44,041 bases of DNA from a virus. Its lineage: Duplodnaviria; Heunggongvirae; Uroviricota; Caudoviricetes. This document shows positions 16,719-26,741 of the stretch, in pieces; the first letter of the stretch is position 1, and each line of letters starts with the position of its first letter. The notes beneath the pieces are model-generated. The model searched no databases. It was not told the DNA's origin and was given only the letters and a program-made list of their open reading frames with translations. Location of the stretch: positions 1-44,041 of IMG/VR virus record IMGVR_UViG_3300031998_000032; one strand, 5' to 3'. A program made the translations under genes and the position numbers.

Positions 16719-19700
16719 ATGGCTTACGAACAAATACTGAGTCAATATGCCAACAAAAACAATGTTGGTACGTTGTGGGCGCAGATAGTCGCCAACTTCA
16801 TTCACGCAGCACCCGCAGCCAAAGGCGATTTGCTCTTTTGGAACGCTGCGAGTCAGGGTGGCAGTGGCAACACACCTACGCAGCCGAGTCACTTGACGAT
16901 AGGTAACGCGGGAGATTTCTTGAGTGTGAACAACGGAGTGCCCGTGTGGACTGCGTTCGGAACACCCTCACTTGCGTTTAGTGACACCACGACTGATGCT
17001 CCCAAGCTGGCTATCACGATACAAGGCAAGACCTCTACCGCAGTGGCTCTACCTGTAGCCGATGCCACACATTCAGGTATCTTGACTACGGGCGCACAGA
17101 CCATAGCAGGCGCAAAGACCTTCAAGGAGACCGTACACTCAGAGAAAGACGTTGAGGCTGACGGTGGTGTGTCGGCTTTCGGTATCGCTGACTTGAGTGT
17201 ATCGGGCGGTAGCGGCAGTCCCATTGTCGGCATACGCTACGATAACATAACCGTCGGTAGCATTTACTCACCCGTAGACGGCATTATAACGCTTCCTAAG
17301 AGCGCGGATAACATCACGTGGACATCTACCAACCAGAGCTTGACACAGACGCAGAAAACGAATCTCTTGGCCTTGTATGACAAAGCACCGAGCGCATTGT
17401 GGAACTCAGGTAATGAGATAGCCGATAAGTCTTTCGTCAACTCAAGCATAGCAACGGCAACGGCAACCTTCAGGGGTACGGTGACAGCTACCGATGATAC
17501 CGATGCCGCCGCCGCAACAGCATTGGCTACCATAACCACGAAGGACTTGAACGACTATGCCTTTGTCAAGGTGGAGAACACACCCAACACAGGAGTAGAC
17601 AAGTATAAGAGATACAAGTGGAACGGCAGTTCGTGGGACTATGAATATACCCTGAACAACTCTTCGTTTACCTCAGACCAATGGAACGCTATCAACTCTG
17701 GCATAACTACCTCTCTTGTTACCGACATAGGCACTCTCAAGGGTTTCTTCAATATGTCAACAGGGGTAGCGAATAATGCCGACAAACTCGATGGGTACGA
17801 CTCAAGTTACTTTGCTGCGGCAAGCTCATTGGCTGATTACGTCACCCTTGCTACTGCGCAATCCATAACGGGCGCAAAGACCTTCGCATCGGACAACTTT
17901 GGCGATGTGCTTATAGTCAAGAGGAACGATACTACTCTTGGGCAGGCCATTAAATTCACCAACAGTAGTAGCGTACTCGGCTACCTCGGATTTGGAACTA
18001 ACGGTCTTGCTTACTGGGACTATAACGCGCAAGAAAAGAAGATATGGACTGAGACCAATGACGGCAGTGGAAGTGGTCTTGATGCTGACCTCTTGGACGG
18101 ACAGCACGGCAGTTACTACGCTGTCAAGGCAGACACCGAGAATGCTGTCAACGTACTCTCTTCGGCTATAGGCGACGTCAGTTCCGTAGCCTATGACAAC
18201 AAGGAGAAGATAGACTCCGTTGAGGACGATGTGATTGAGCTGTACGGCTATTTTGACGGGTCAAGCGCACTACACGCTCTCTCAAGCACCAAGCTCACCA
18301 CGGCAAGGACTATATGGGGTCAGAGCTTTGACGGCACGGCAAACGTAAGCGGTGCTATGTCAGACGTGACAAGCATTGACTCCCTTGTATATATCAGTTC
18401 CTCTAAGGTAGGTATAGGAGTAAGCTCGCCTACGGCTAAGCTGGACATCTCAGGAGGGTTAAAGACCACCGAGGACATCAGTGGCGGGCAGGACATCTAT
18501 GCCGCAGGAGGTGTGGCAGCCTATGGTATCGCTGACCTCGCAGCAGGAAGCGGTGGCGGTCAGGGTACGGTGACGAGCATCAAGTTCGAGGGTGGCTCTA
18601 CCATATATTCTCCTGTTGAGGGAATCATCACCCTTCCTGCCTATCCGTCCCTGATAGGATATGCGACACAGACGTGGGTGTACGGACAGATTAGCGACCT
18701 TAACTTAGGCACGGCTTCAACCCACGACCACGGAGATTATGTCACCGCAGTATCTATCAGTGGCACTAACCTCAGTGTCACGAAGGGTAACGGCAGTGCG
18801 GTGACTTCTGCTATCAACGCTGCCACCCTTGAAGGTACAGCAAAGAGCGGATTGTTTACCGCCTTAACGACAGGTACTACCAATGCTATCGGTATCACTA
18901 TCGGAGGCACGACAAAGAACATCACCGCATCGGACTTGAGGACGTCACTTAACATAGGTCAGCATAGCGACTACGTTACGGCTTTGGGTGTTAGCGGTAA
19001 CACTCTTACGTGGTCTAAGGGTGGTGTGGCGCAGACGGCTATTACCGTTCCTTATGCTACCAACTCAGACACCGTAGATACTCACCACGCATCGGAGTTT
19101 GTCGGCGCTTTAGGTACGAGCGGAGACGACCTCACTTGGACCAAGATAGGCGGCTCGGCAAACACCTTGACCGTACCCTATGCCACCACAGCCCTTGACG
19201 CAAAGACCGAACTCAAGGAAGGACAGGAGTTCGCGTTTCGTCAGACAGGTAGTGGCACACTTACCAAGCCTTACTCAAGTGGTGTATTAAAGAGGGTGTT
19301 GGGTAATACGGTGGTGTGGAATCAGAATGTGCATAATGGAACTTTTGAAAGCACGACTGGTTGGGGTGCGGTAAATGGAACAATATCGGCAAGTGGAAAC
19401 ATTCTCTCCTTTACCTATGGTGGAAGCGGTGACGGTGCAGTTTATTACTCTCGCAACTATGTTCCTGTCGTAACCCATAAATACCTCATATATGGTTACA
19501 TTAATTCAAGTTCAGTGGCACGTTTTATTTGCGGAAATGGTGCAAGTTATGCCACAGGTATTACAGAGATAGAGGTTGTTCAGTCTTTAGCAAATACAAT
19601 GTCAAAGGCTTATACGTATTTCAGCGCATCGAGTGGAAATAATATGAACACGTTTTTCATAAGAAGAAGTAATAACTTCACTGTGAAAAATGTAACTCTC

Positions 19701-21077
19701 TATGACCTCACCCTTATGTTTGGCGCAGGAAATGAGCCAACAAGTGTAGCAGACTTTGAGCGCGACTACGGCTATCTATTAGCCAACCCCGAATACAACG
19801 CAGGTGAATTGATTAACAATGCTTGTAGCGGACTGGAGACGGTGGGATTCAATCTTTGGGATGAGGCAAATGGATTCACTAATACAAATATAAATTCTAC
19901 AGGTGATGTTACGTCATCCGATGTCTCGGCCTGTTCAAACACCTTTATTCCCGTCGTTGGAGGTTTGTCTTATTGCGCGAGCGCAAGGAGTTCGCTTCAC
20001 GGACTTAGGATAGCATGGTATGATGCTACCTACAGCTTTATTAGCAGAAGTGCTGTCACTAATATATCTTTGATTACCGCAACTTCTCCTGCATCGGCAA
20101 GATATGCAAAATGGGTTCTTAATTATGATAATACAAGTTTGGTGACCGCATCTATTATTGATGCCCTCAAAATAAACTTTGGTGTTTCCGACACCGTCAA
20201 GAACGGCACATACGAACCCTACCGCAAGAACACCCTACCTCTCAACCTCAACTCCTTCCGAGTAAAAGACTCACAGGGTAATATCATTACCATCAACGGA
20301 TTGAAGAAGGCGGGAAGTGTGTATGATGAGATTGTGGGACGGAAGTTTATACAGAGGCTTGGAAGCGTAGATTTGGGTAGTCTGTCGTGGAATAAAAGTC
20401 CTAATTACAATTTCTTTTTTGCGACAGGGTTTGGCAAAAAAACATCGCAACTCAATGTATTGGAAAATATATTGTCTTGCAGATATGTTACAATGGCGAC
20501 CTCTTATGATAATCAAGTTCAAAATAGAGGCGATAAGACTATCGCGGGTTTTTCAGGAACAAATGGCATTACAGTTGTTGATTCTTCATACTCCGATGCA
20601 GCTACATTCAAAACCGCGATGAACGGCGTCTATCTCAACTACGAACTCGCCACTCCCATAGAATACGAACTGATAGACGACTTCCCCACCACCTACCCAG
20701 TAGACGTGTTAGGTACAGAGTCTATCCCCGAAGGTGAGATGGTAGCCCCCTTTAAGGCTGACATACAGTATGGCGCAAAGCAAAACGATTTCGCTTGGGA
20801 TATAGACCATTTGGCAGGTAAGGTGGCTGATATGGACATAAGCCATTACAGTTCTATGAGTGATTCCACAATGGACACTCACGTCATAACGATTGGCGGT
20901 AAGAAGTTCTACTTGAAGTTCAGAGCCACGCAAGCCGACACAACGTCTACACCGCAGACCTTGCCCGCCTTTGAGATTGCCGTAGCCGACAACCCCTACG
21001 GACAGAACGAACAGGAGTTTGCCTTTGGTACTATCACCGAGGATTGGATAACAACGAATTGCGTACTTCCTTCATAA
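16719..21077 (+). CDS. Long tail fibre / receptor-binding protein
   Basis: 1452 aa, Gly/Ser/Thr-rich. Repeated AD.LDG.H.S.Y/F, AQ.ITG.KTF, L.TARTIWGQSFDG and GGVAAYG fibre motifs, then a beta-sandwich-like C-terminal module. Confidence 0.8.
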   Translation: MAYEQILSQYANKNNVGTLWAQIVANFIHAAPAAKGDLLFWNAASQGGSGNTPTQPSHLTIGNAGDFLSVNNGVPVWTAFGTPSLAFSDTTTDAPKLAITIQGKTSTAVALPVADATHSGILTTGAQTIAGAKTFKETVHSEKDVEADGGVSAFGIADLSVSGGSGSPIVGIRYDNITVGSIYSPVDGIITLPKSADNITWTSTNQSLTQTQKTNLLALYDKAPSALWNSGNEIADKSFVNSSIATATATFRGTVTATDDTDAAAATALATITTKDLNDYAFVKVENTPNTGVDKYKRYKWNGSSWDYEYTLNNSSFTSDQWNAINSGITTSLVTDIGTLKGFFNMSTGVANNADKLDGYDSSYFAAASSLADYVTLATAQSITGAKTFASDNFGDVLIVKRNDTTLGQAIKFTNSSSVLGYLGFGTNGLAYWDYNAQEKKIWTETNDGSGSGLDADLLDGQHGSYYAVKADTENAVNVLSSAIGDVSSVAYDNKEKIDSVEDDVIELYGYFDGSSALHALSSTKLTTARTIWGQSFDGTANVSGAMSDVTSIDSLVYISSSKVGIGVSSPTAKLDISGGLKTTEDISGGQDIYAAGGVAAYGIADLAAGSGGGQGTVTSIKFEGGSTIYSPVEGIITLPAYPSLIGYATQTWVYGQISDLNLGTASTHDHGDYVTAVSISGTNLSVTKGNGSAVTSAINAATLEGTAKSGLFTALTTGTTNAIGITIGGTTKNITASDLRTSLNIGQHSDYVTALGVSGNTLTWSKGGVAQTAITVPYATNSDTVDTHHASEFVGALGTSGDDLTWTKIGGSANTLTVPYATTALDAKTELKEGQEFAFRQTGSGTLTKPYSSGVLKRVLGNTVVWNQNVHNGTFESTTGWGAVNGTISASGNILSFTYGGSGDGAVYYSRNYVPVVTHKYLIYGYINSSSVARFICGNGASYATGITEIEVVQSLANTMSKAYTYFSASSGNNMNTFFIRRSNNFTVKNVTLYDLTLMFGAGNEPTSVADFERDYGYLLANPEYNAGELINNACSGLETVGFNLWDEANGFTNTNINSTGDVTSSDVSACSNTFIPVVGGLSYCASARSSLHGLRIAWYDATYSFISRSAVTNISLITATSPASARYAKWVLNYDNTSLVTASIIDALKINFGVSDTVKNGTYEPYRKNTLPLNLNSFRVKDSQGNIITINGLKKAGSVYDEIVGRKFIQRLGSVDLGSLSWNKSPNYNFFFATGFGKKTSQLNVLENILSCRYVTMATSYDNQVQNRGDKTIAGFSGTNGITVVDSSYSDAATFKTAMNGVYLNYELATPIEYELIDDFPTTYPVDVLGTESIPEGEMVAPFKADIQYGAKQNDFAWDIDHLAGKVADMDISHYSSMSDSTMDTHVITIGGKKFYLKFRATQADTTSTPQTLPAFEIAVADNPYGQNEQEFAFGTITEDWITTNCVLPS

Positions 21078-21083
21078 ACGACT

Positions 21084-22229
21084 ATGGCGAAAGAAGATTA
21101 TCTAAGGAAACAAGAGGTGTTGAAACTCTGGGGGCAGATAGTTGACCTGTTTGCCACCAAGAGTTCCGTCACCACCTTGCAGGGGTACTTCACGGACGGC
21201 AAGGCAAAGAAAGCCATTGCGGACGGGGACGGGAACACCATAAGCACGTCCTATCTCAAGCTCACGGGCGGTGTGATGAATAACAACGTGGGCATAGGGT
21301 GGAAGAACTCAGGAGGAACGCAAGTGGCGAACCTGTTGAGCTACAACTCAGGTAATAACTTCGTGATAGGCTACTCACAAAAGACCACAGGCGACACAAG
21401 GATATTCGGCAAGGACATCAGACTCTACTCCAATGGTGAGACCGAGCGCCTTACGGTAGACAGCACAGGCAAGGTGACAATAGGAGAGTTAGATACCCCC
21501 GCATTGGGAGTCCTTGCTTCGGGCATAGGCAGCGTAAACGCCATAGCGCAGGATAACAAGCAAGCCATAGACGCGCATACGGAGAATATAACCGAGCTAT
21601 ACGGCTATTTCAACGGAGGTGTAGCCAATAACGCTGCGCGTCTGACAACGGTTTCCAAGACCGCGTGGGGTAAGACCTTCTGGACAGCCAATGGAGTACC
21701 CGACTCAATAAGCGGTGATATGACAGGTGTGGGTGATGTCAAGATGGATAACGACAAGGGTATCTACATCAAGGACTATTCTGCCAGCACCTATCGGGAG
21801 GTCTTGAAACTCGACTACACCGACCTGTTGAGTTTGGGCTACGAGACAGGTGCGGAAGGGTATGACACTTACATCTGGGGTAGCCAAGTCGTGCTTTCAG
21901 CGCATGACGGCAATGACTATCAGGATATCGCAACGGCAAAGGTGGTGAGCGGAGTCAACAAGTTCGACATAAGCGGAGACCTCACAATAACGAAAGGTGG
22001 TTACACCTCCAATGGCCTATCGCTTGACGCATCGGGTAATATGAAGATAAGTGAAGGTGCAAGGCTGACGGATATCTACGGTAGCACGATAAAGTTCTAC
22101 ATAGGAACGAACGAGGCTGCCTCGATAGACTCAAGCAAGAACCTCACTTCAAAAGGCAGCGTGATAGGCTTGATGGGTGTAGCGGCATACGGGATAGCAG
22201 ATTTGTCATTAATAACAGATAACAATTAA
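21084..22229 (+). CDS. Short tail fibre-like protein, paralogous to 16719-21077
   Basis: Shares LW.QIV..F (N-terminus), IG.V..(V/I)A.DNK..ID......ELYGYF and GVAAYGIADL with the long fibre. Confidence 0.65.
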   Translation: MAKEDYLRKQEVLKLWGQIVDLFATKSSVTTLQGYFTDGKAKKAIADGDGNTISTSYLKLTGGVMNNNVGIGWKNSGGTQVANLLSYNSGNNFVIGYSQKTTGDTRIFGKDIRLYSNGETERLTVDSTGKVTIGELDTPALGVLASGIGSVNAIAQDNKQAIDAHTENITELYGYFNGGVANNAARLTTVSKTAWGKTFWTANGVPDSISGDMTGVGDVKMDNDKGIYIKDYSASTYREVLKLDYTDLLSLGYETGAEGYDTYIWGSQVVLSAHDGNDYQDIATAKVVSGVNKFDISGDLTITKGGYTSNGLSLDASGNMKISEGARLTDIYGSTIKFYIGTNEAASIDSSKNLTSKGSVIGLMGVAAYGIADLSLITDNN

Positions 22230-22233
22230 AGAT

Positions 22234-25200
22234 ATGAGTTTACTAAGGAATCCAAGAGGACAGTCTACGAATACTTTGACTGTCAAACGTTTTCTCAATA
22301 ACGAGGCTTTTTCGAGCAGACGTGTCGGTAGCGTAACGATGAACTACTTCTCGCGTGAGTGGGTAGGGCTGAACAACTACTATCTCAAGAACACGGGTCA
22401 GACTACCTCCAGTCACGTAGGTTTCAACGCGGAATCTGTGATTATCATACGATGCTCACTTGCTACCGATGCCGTAGGCCCTATCTTCGGAGTCACAGGT
22501 AAGATGCGTGTTATGTGCGAGAGCGGCAGCATCAAGTGGTACAACGATAGCGGCACGGTGGTACATACGGTAGCCATAGACGGTAAGCGTCACGACATAG
22601 GCGTCTATTCGGATAATGGCTATCTAAAGCCCTTCTATGATGGTGTTACCACGGCCAATGCTATGACCTCACAGACCTCCGAGCGTGACTTCTATCCTTG
22701 TATCCTCTCTACCGATGCCAATAACGGTGATGTTACGGGTGTGTGCCTTTCCTCTGCCTCACAGACTTATGCTATCAAGATACACGAGATAGCGGGTACG
22801 TTCCTGCAAGTTGCGTCAGGTTCTTCATCTACACCTTTCCTGCATTACTACGCTTGTAACGTGGACTACAGCGAGACCACTCCTTTTATGTTCGAGACAC
22901 GTGGACGTAATGCCACTGTCCTTGATGCCGTAGCAGGCTCAAGTATAACGGGTGTCACCGCAGCAGCAGGGCTGGGCGACCACGTGACCTATGGAATACA
23001 GCTACACGACTTACAGGAGGCTTTCGGGACGTATTACACGCAACTGATGGCCGTCCTCTGCAACGATGGCGGTGTGGATAGAGGCGGTGGCGAAGCTGCC
23101 CAATACTATGCAGGGTGGGACGACCCCGTATCGGTCAACGTCAATAAGCTTAAGAACGCCGACACACCAGAGACCGTAGTGGTTGGAAATGATACCTTCA
23201 AATCGGCTTTCTGCCTTCCCGCGGGCGCTCTCCCTTCAGGGGCTACGATAACTTATCCTGCCGACAAATCAACTACCGATTACTACGATGATGGCGACCT
23301 TATACGTGGCCGTAAACCCAAGTGGAACTTATGGGCGGATAACGTAGGTGCTTTCAAGTACGTCAAGCAAGTCCCTTCGGGTGTCTATGGGCAGAATTAC
23401 AGTTATCAGATGAGGTATAACATCTACAAGGATTTCTTCGGGAACAACATCTTGAACAACACGCACCCCGATATGCTTGCTGTCTTTGACGGCTATTCCA
23501 ATAGGGCGGCTACGTGGCACGCACCGCGTCTTGAGGTGACGGGTCTGCCTGTGGTCTATACCTATAACTCATTGGCTTTCCTAAAAGACATCAGCAATAT
23601 GTATTCAAGGGACTACGCTAACGTGGAGACCAATGCCTATGTCTATAACAGCGCGGAAGGTGACGGTGCTGTCAAGGGTGTCTTGGGCAATCTTCCTTTC
23701 TGGACTCTCACGGCATCGGAACAAGGCACGAATATGAAGGTCTATGGTCTTGGCGTACGTGGCGTCTATCGTGACGGTAGCGGCTATCACGACATCTTCA
23801 CGATGGTGAAGTGTGAGAGCAGTCCCCTGTCCTCGGAGTCCTCCGATGCCGTCAAGACGTTATACAAGAGTACGGGTGAGACCGCCAGCCTGAAGGTTAC
23901 GGCCCTGACCGACTCGGCACGTATCCTTGCCGATAATGGTGTTTTCAAGACCTATTTCGTTATGGGTATGTTGAAGAGTCAGACTACTACGATAACGGCC
24001 AATAACATCATCGACTGTTCACGTCTCGTTCCTGCCGTCATATCCCAGTCCTTGACCTATCAGGACTATTCCAACCTTATGCTCATAGGACAGAAGAACT
24101 ACGACGGTAAGGTGTCAATGGGCGGCACGGCTTATGACATATACGTATCCCAGGCCACAGCCGACAATGCGAACATCGGTAGCCGTGGCTTCTACTTCGA
24201 TTCCTCTTATACTCCAGAACGCAAGGGTGTAGGTTTCAAGTTCGCCCTATTGGATACCAACAGGGATGCGCAGGTGCTGTTCAACAATGGCACGCCTAAG
24301 TTCTATGCCTACATAGAATATGTACGTATGGCATCGGACAAGTCTTACATTCTTCTGCCCGACAACAATTTCAGCGCGGTAGATTCCAAGAACGACCTAC
24401 CGCAAGGACAGGATGCCTACAATGGCATAAAGGATGCCTACATCGTCAAACAGGGACGTAAGGTGTTCCGTAGGACTAACAACCTTTACAACGAGGTTAA
24501 GGTGGTGTCATTCCCTACGCTTAGTGACTTCCCAAGCGAGACGATAGTCTACAAGACTACGAATGAGTCCTATGACGGTACACAAGCGTTTGCGAAGAAA
24601 GTGTTCGTATATATGTGGAATCAGTACATCAATCCGCGTAACTACTCCAGTTCTTCCGCTTATACTACGCAACTGATATCCGTTAATTCCTCTAACGCTT
24701 GGCCGACCTCAAGCAACGCACAAACGGCAGCAGTGTATTACAAGAACTATGGTGACGACAACGAGGACGACAGATACTATGTATGGCGCAAGGGAAGCGG
24801 CGGCTTCGACAAGGTACAGGCTACGGTGGTACACGTCCCGAACAAGGAGTCTCTACCAGAAATAGGCGACTATTACAAGGATGAAAGCACGGGTAAGATA
24901 TATTGGAACTATTGGAAACCGCAGAGTGCGAATTATTACGTGGGTTACTACAACGACTATACCGAAATGACCGTTCATACATCAGCTTCCAAACCTACGG
25001 GTACGGGTAGTGGCGGTGCGAACATCTACTACGCGCAGGATTCGGAGAAATACTACGACTACGGCTACGGTCAGGCGGGCCATTACCGCTACCACGAGGA
25101 CGAGGTAGTGTCAGGTACAAGACCTTCAACAGGTGAGGTAGGTAAGATATACTCCGATGGTGGACAGTGTTATCGTTATATGGATAGTTCTTGGAAAGAG

Positions 25201-26085
25201 ATTAGTCCTTTCTTTGACAGAGGTGAGGTGATAGAACGCCGTGCTATGTTCGCACAGACCTTTGCCTTTGACCGTACAGTATGGCCGTTGAACGGTTCTT
25301 ACGCCACTGGTATAATCAGCGACGGTGATACCTTGTATATCAACAAGAACACAAGTAAGACCATAGGCAACGACGACAACACCAAGTATGCCGCAGCGGT
25401 ATTCTACGACCAAGACCTACGGCAGAACGCGGATGATACTCCGTTGACAAGCCGTTATAACAACTACGACAGCGACAGTCAGCCGCGTACTATGAACGTG
25501 AGGTTGTTCGAGACCGCCACCGCACCGCACGCTTGGTGTGTCAAGGATGCCTATATGAGCGACAAGGTGGAGAACTGGATGTTCACCGTGGGTAATAGAA
25601 TTATCAGCAGCACAAGCAGGACATTGTGTTACTTCCTCCTGTCCAATGACTACCTTATAGCCAACGGCAACAGCGCAGTGGTACAGGCATCGCTTGGTTT
25701 GTGTTATAAGACAAGCAATGACTACGAGAGTTACGTTGACCTTGAGTCTAATGCTACAAACTTTATGGGTTTCAAACTCTCGCTTTACAAGCAACTGCCG
25801 ACCAAGCCGTATGTGATGAATGGCAACACTCCTGAGTTTGACAGCACGCATAACACCACAACGGTGTTCGAAAACCTGACTATCAACTATCCCAATCAGG
25901 ACTATACGAGCGGTAACTACACGGTACGGATTAAGTATAACCAGACGTTTGACGGTTTCCGTATGAATGCATCGGGCAACACCAAGAACGGCATCTTCAA
26001 TGAGGACTGCTACTATCTTGAGATAACGACCACCGACACGATAGAGCCAGGCGCTACCTTCCTGTTCAAGATAACAGCACAATAA
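22234..26085 (+). CDS. Large Tyr/Ser/Thr-rich putative virion adhesin
   Basis: 1283 aa in the fibre cluster, predominantly beta-type composition, with degenerate internal repeats near 24380-25210. Function is inferred from position. Confidence 0.5.
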   Translation: MSLLRNPRGQSTNTLTVKRFLNNEAFSSRRVGSVTMNYFSREWVGLNNYYLKNTGQTTSSHVGFNAESVIIIRCSLATDAVGPIFGVTGKMRVMCESGSIKWYNDSGTVVHTVAIDGKRHDIGVYSDNGYLKPFYDGVTTANAMTSQTSERDFYPCILSTDANNGDVTGVCLSSASQTYAIKIHEIAGTFLQVASGSSSTPFLHYYACNVDYSETTPFMFETRGRNATVLDAVAGSSITGVTAAAGLGDHVTYGIQLHDLQEAFGTYYTQLMAVLCNDGGVDRGGGEAAQYYAGWDDPVSVNVNKLKNADTPETVVVGNDTFKSAFCLPAGALPSGATITYPADKSTTDYYDDGDLIRGRKPKWNLWADNVGAFKYVKQVPSGVYGQNYSYQMRYNIYKDFFGNNILNNTHPDMLAVFDGYSNRAATWHAPRLEVTGLPVVYTYNSLAFLKDISNMYSRDYANVETNAYVYNSAEGDGAVKGVLGNLPFWTLTASEQGTNMKVYGLGVRGVYRDGSGYHDIFTMVKCESSPLSSESSDAVKTLYKSTGETASLKVTALTDSARILADNGVFKTYFVMGMLKSQTTTITANNIIDCSRLVPAVISQSLTYQDYSNLMLIGQKNYDGKVSMGGTAYDIYVSQATADNANIGSRGFYFDSSYTPERKGVGFKFALLDTNRDAQVLFNNGTPKFYAYIEYVRMASDKSYILLPDNNFSAVDSKNDLPQGQDAYNGIKDAYIVKQGRKVFRRTNNLYNEVKVVSFPTLSDFPSETIVYKTTNESYDGTQAFAKKVFVYMWNQYINPRNYSSSSAYTTQLISVNSSNAWPTSSNAQTAAVYYKNYGDDNEDDRYYVWRKGSGGFDKVQATVVHVPNKESLPEIGDYYKDESTGKIYWNYWKPQSANYYVGYYNDYTEMTVHTSASKPTGTGSGGANIYYAQDSEKYYDYGYGQAGHYRYHEDEVVSGTRPSTGEVGKIYSDGGQCYRYMDSSWKEISPFFDRGEVIERRAMFAQTFAFDRTVWPLNGSYATGIISDGDTLYINKNTSKTIGNDDNTKYAAAVFYDQDLRQNADDTPLTSRYNNYDSDSQPRTMNVRLFETATAPHAWCVKDAYMSDKVENWMFTVGNRIISSTSRTLCYFLLSNDYLIANGNSAVVQASLGLCYKTSNDYESYVDLESNATNFMGFKLSLYKQLPTKPYVMNGNTPEFDSTHNTTTVFENLTINYPNQDYTSGNYTVRIKYNQTFDGFRMNASGNTKNGIFNEDCYYLEITTTDTIEPGATFLFKITAQ

Positions 26086-26116
26086 ATCCATTTATTAACT
26101 TAAAAACAATAAGATT

Positions 26117-26440
26117 ATGGAACTGATGATTTTAGCCGCAATCACATCGTTGGTTGCAAGTGTAAACGTACTGAGCGATTTCTTCAAGAGATTGTTCAAG
26201 GTGGACAAGAAATGGTTTAACGAACTCTTGTCTTGGGTTATCGCTATCCTCGTCACCTTCGCAGCGTGGGGTATGGGCAAGATGCCTACCTTCTTCACTC
26301 CCGAATGGCTGTGCGTACTCGTTGAGGGTATCTTTGTCGGTATCGCCGCCAATATAACCTACGGCTACGACTGGGTGAAGAAGATACTTGACTTCATCTT
26401 CTCTTTTATTGACGGCAAGTGGTACGAAAAGAAAGCATAA
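26117..26440 (+). CDS. Small three-helix membrane protein, holin-like
   Basis: 107 aa with three hydrophobic segments and a basic C-terminus (WYEKKA). Confidence 0.5.
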   Translation: MELMILAAITSLVASVNVLSDFFKRLFKVDKKWFNELLSWVIAILVTFAAWGMGKMPTFFTPEWLCVLVEGIFVGIAANITYGYDWVKKILDFIFSFIDGKWYEKKA

Positions 26441-26441
26441 G

Positions 26442-26741
26442 ATGATAACGAGTGAGCTTATCTCAAAAAAGAAAGGTGCTTACGAAGCATCTATCAGAGC
26501 CGATTACGTAGACGGAGCGTTTCACTCCGTCTCTTTCGGCGTGGTGACAAAGAACGGTGAGCCGTTGGACTTATATCTCTATCTCTCGGAGTACGGCCTT
26601 GAACATTCCTATTCTGGTGAGGACAAAGACAAGGTGGATGAGATTGTTGCACTCTTGGGCGCGAAACTCGCCAAAGATACGGGTATTACGTTCAGCGAAA
26701 GACCGCAAATGGATATTAACCCTCAAATCGAAGGAGAATGA
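26442..26741 (+). CDS. Hypothetical protein
   Basis: ATG at 26442 follows the previous stop by 1 nt; its TGA overlaps the next ATG (ATGA). Confidence 0.6.
   Translation: MITSELISKKKGAYEASIRADYVDGAFHSVSFGVVTKNGEPLDLYLYLSEYGLEHSYSGEDKDKVDEIVALLGAKLAKDTGITFSERPQMDINPQIEGE

Noticed and set aside
13231-26085. Additional DGR variable repeats at the ends of the fibre or adhesin genes
   Set aside because: None of their 3' ends resembles the TR or ends in the ACAGTCCGCGCCGTCTCC block. This was a visual scan only; a BLASTN of the TR against the full genome would settle it.
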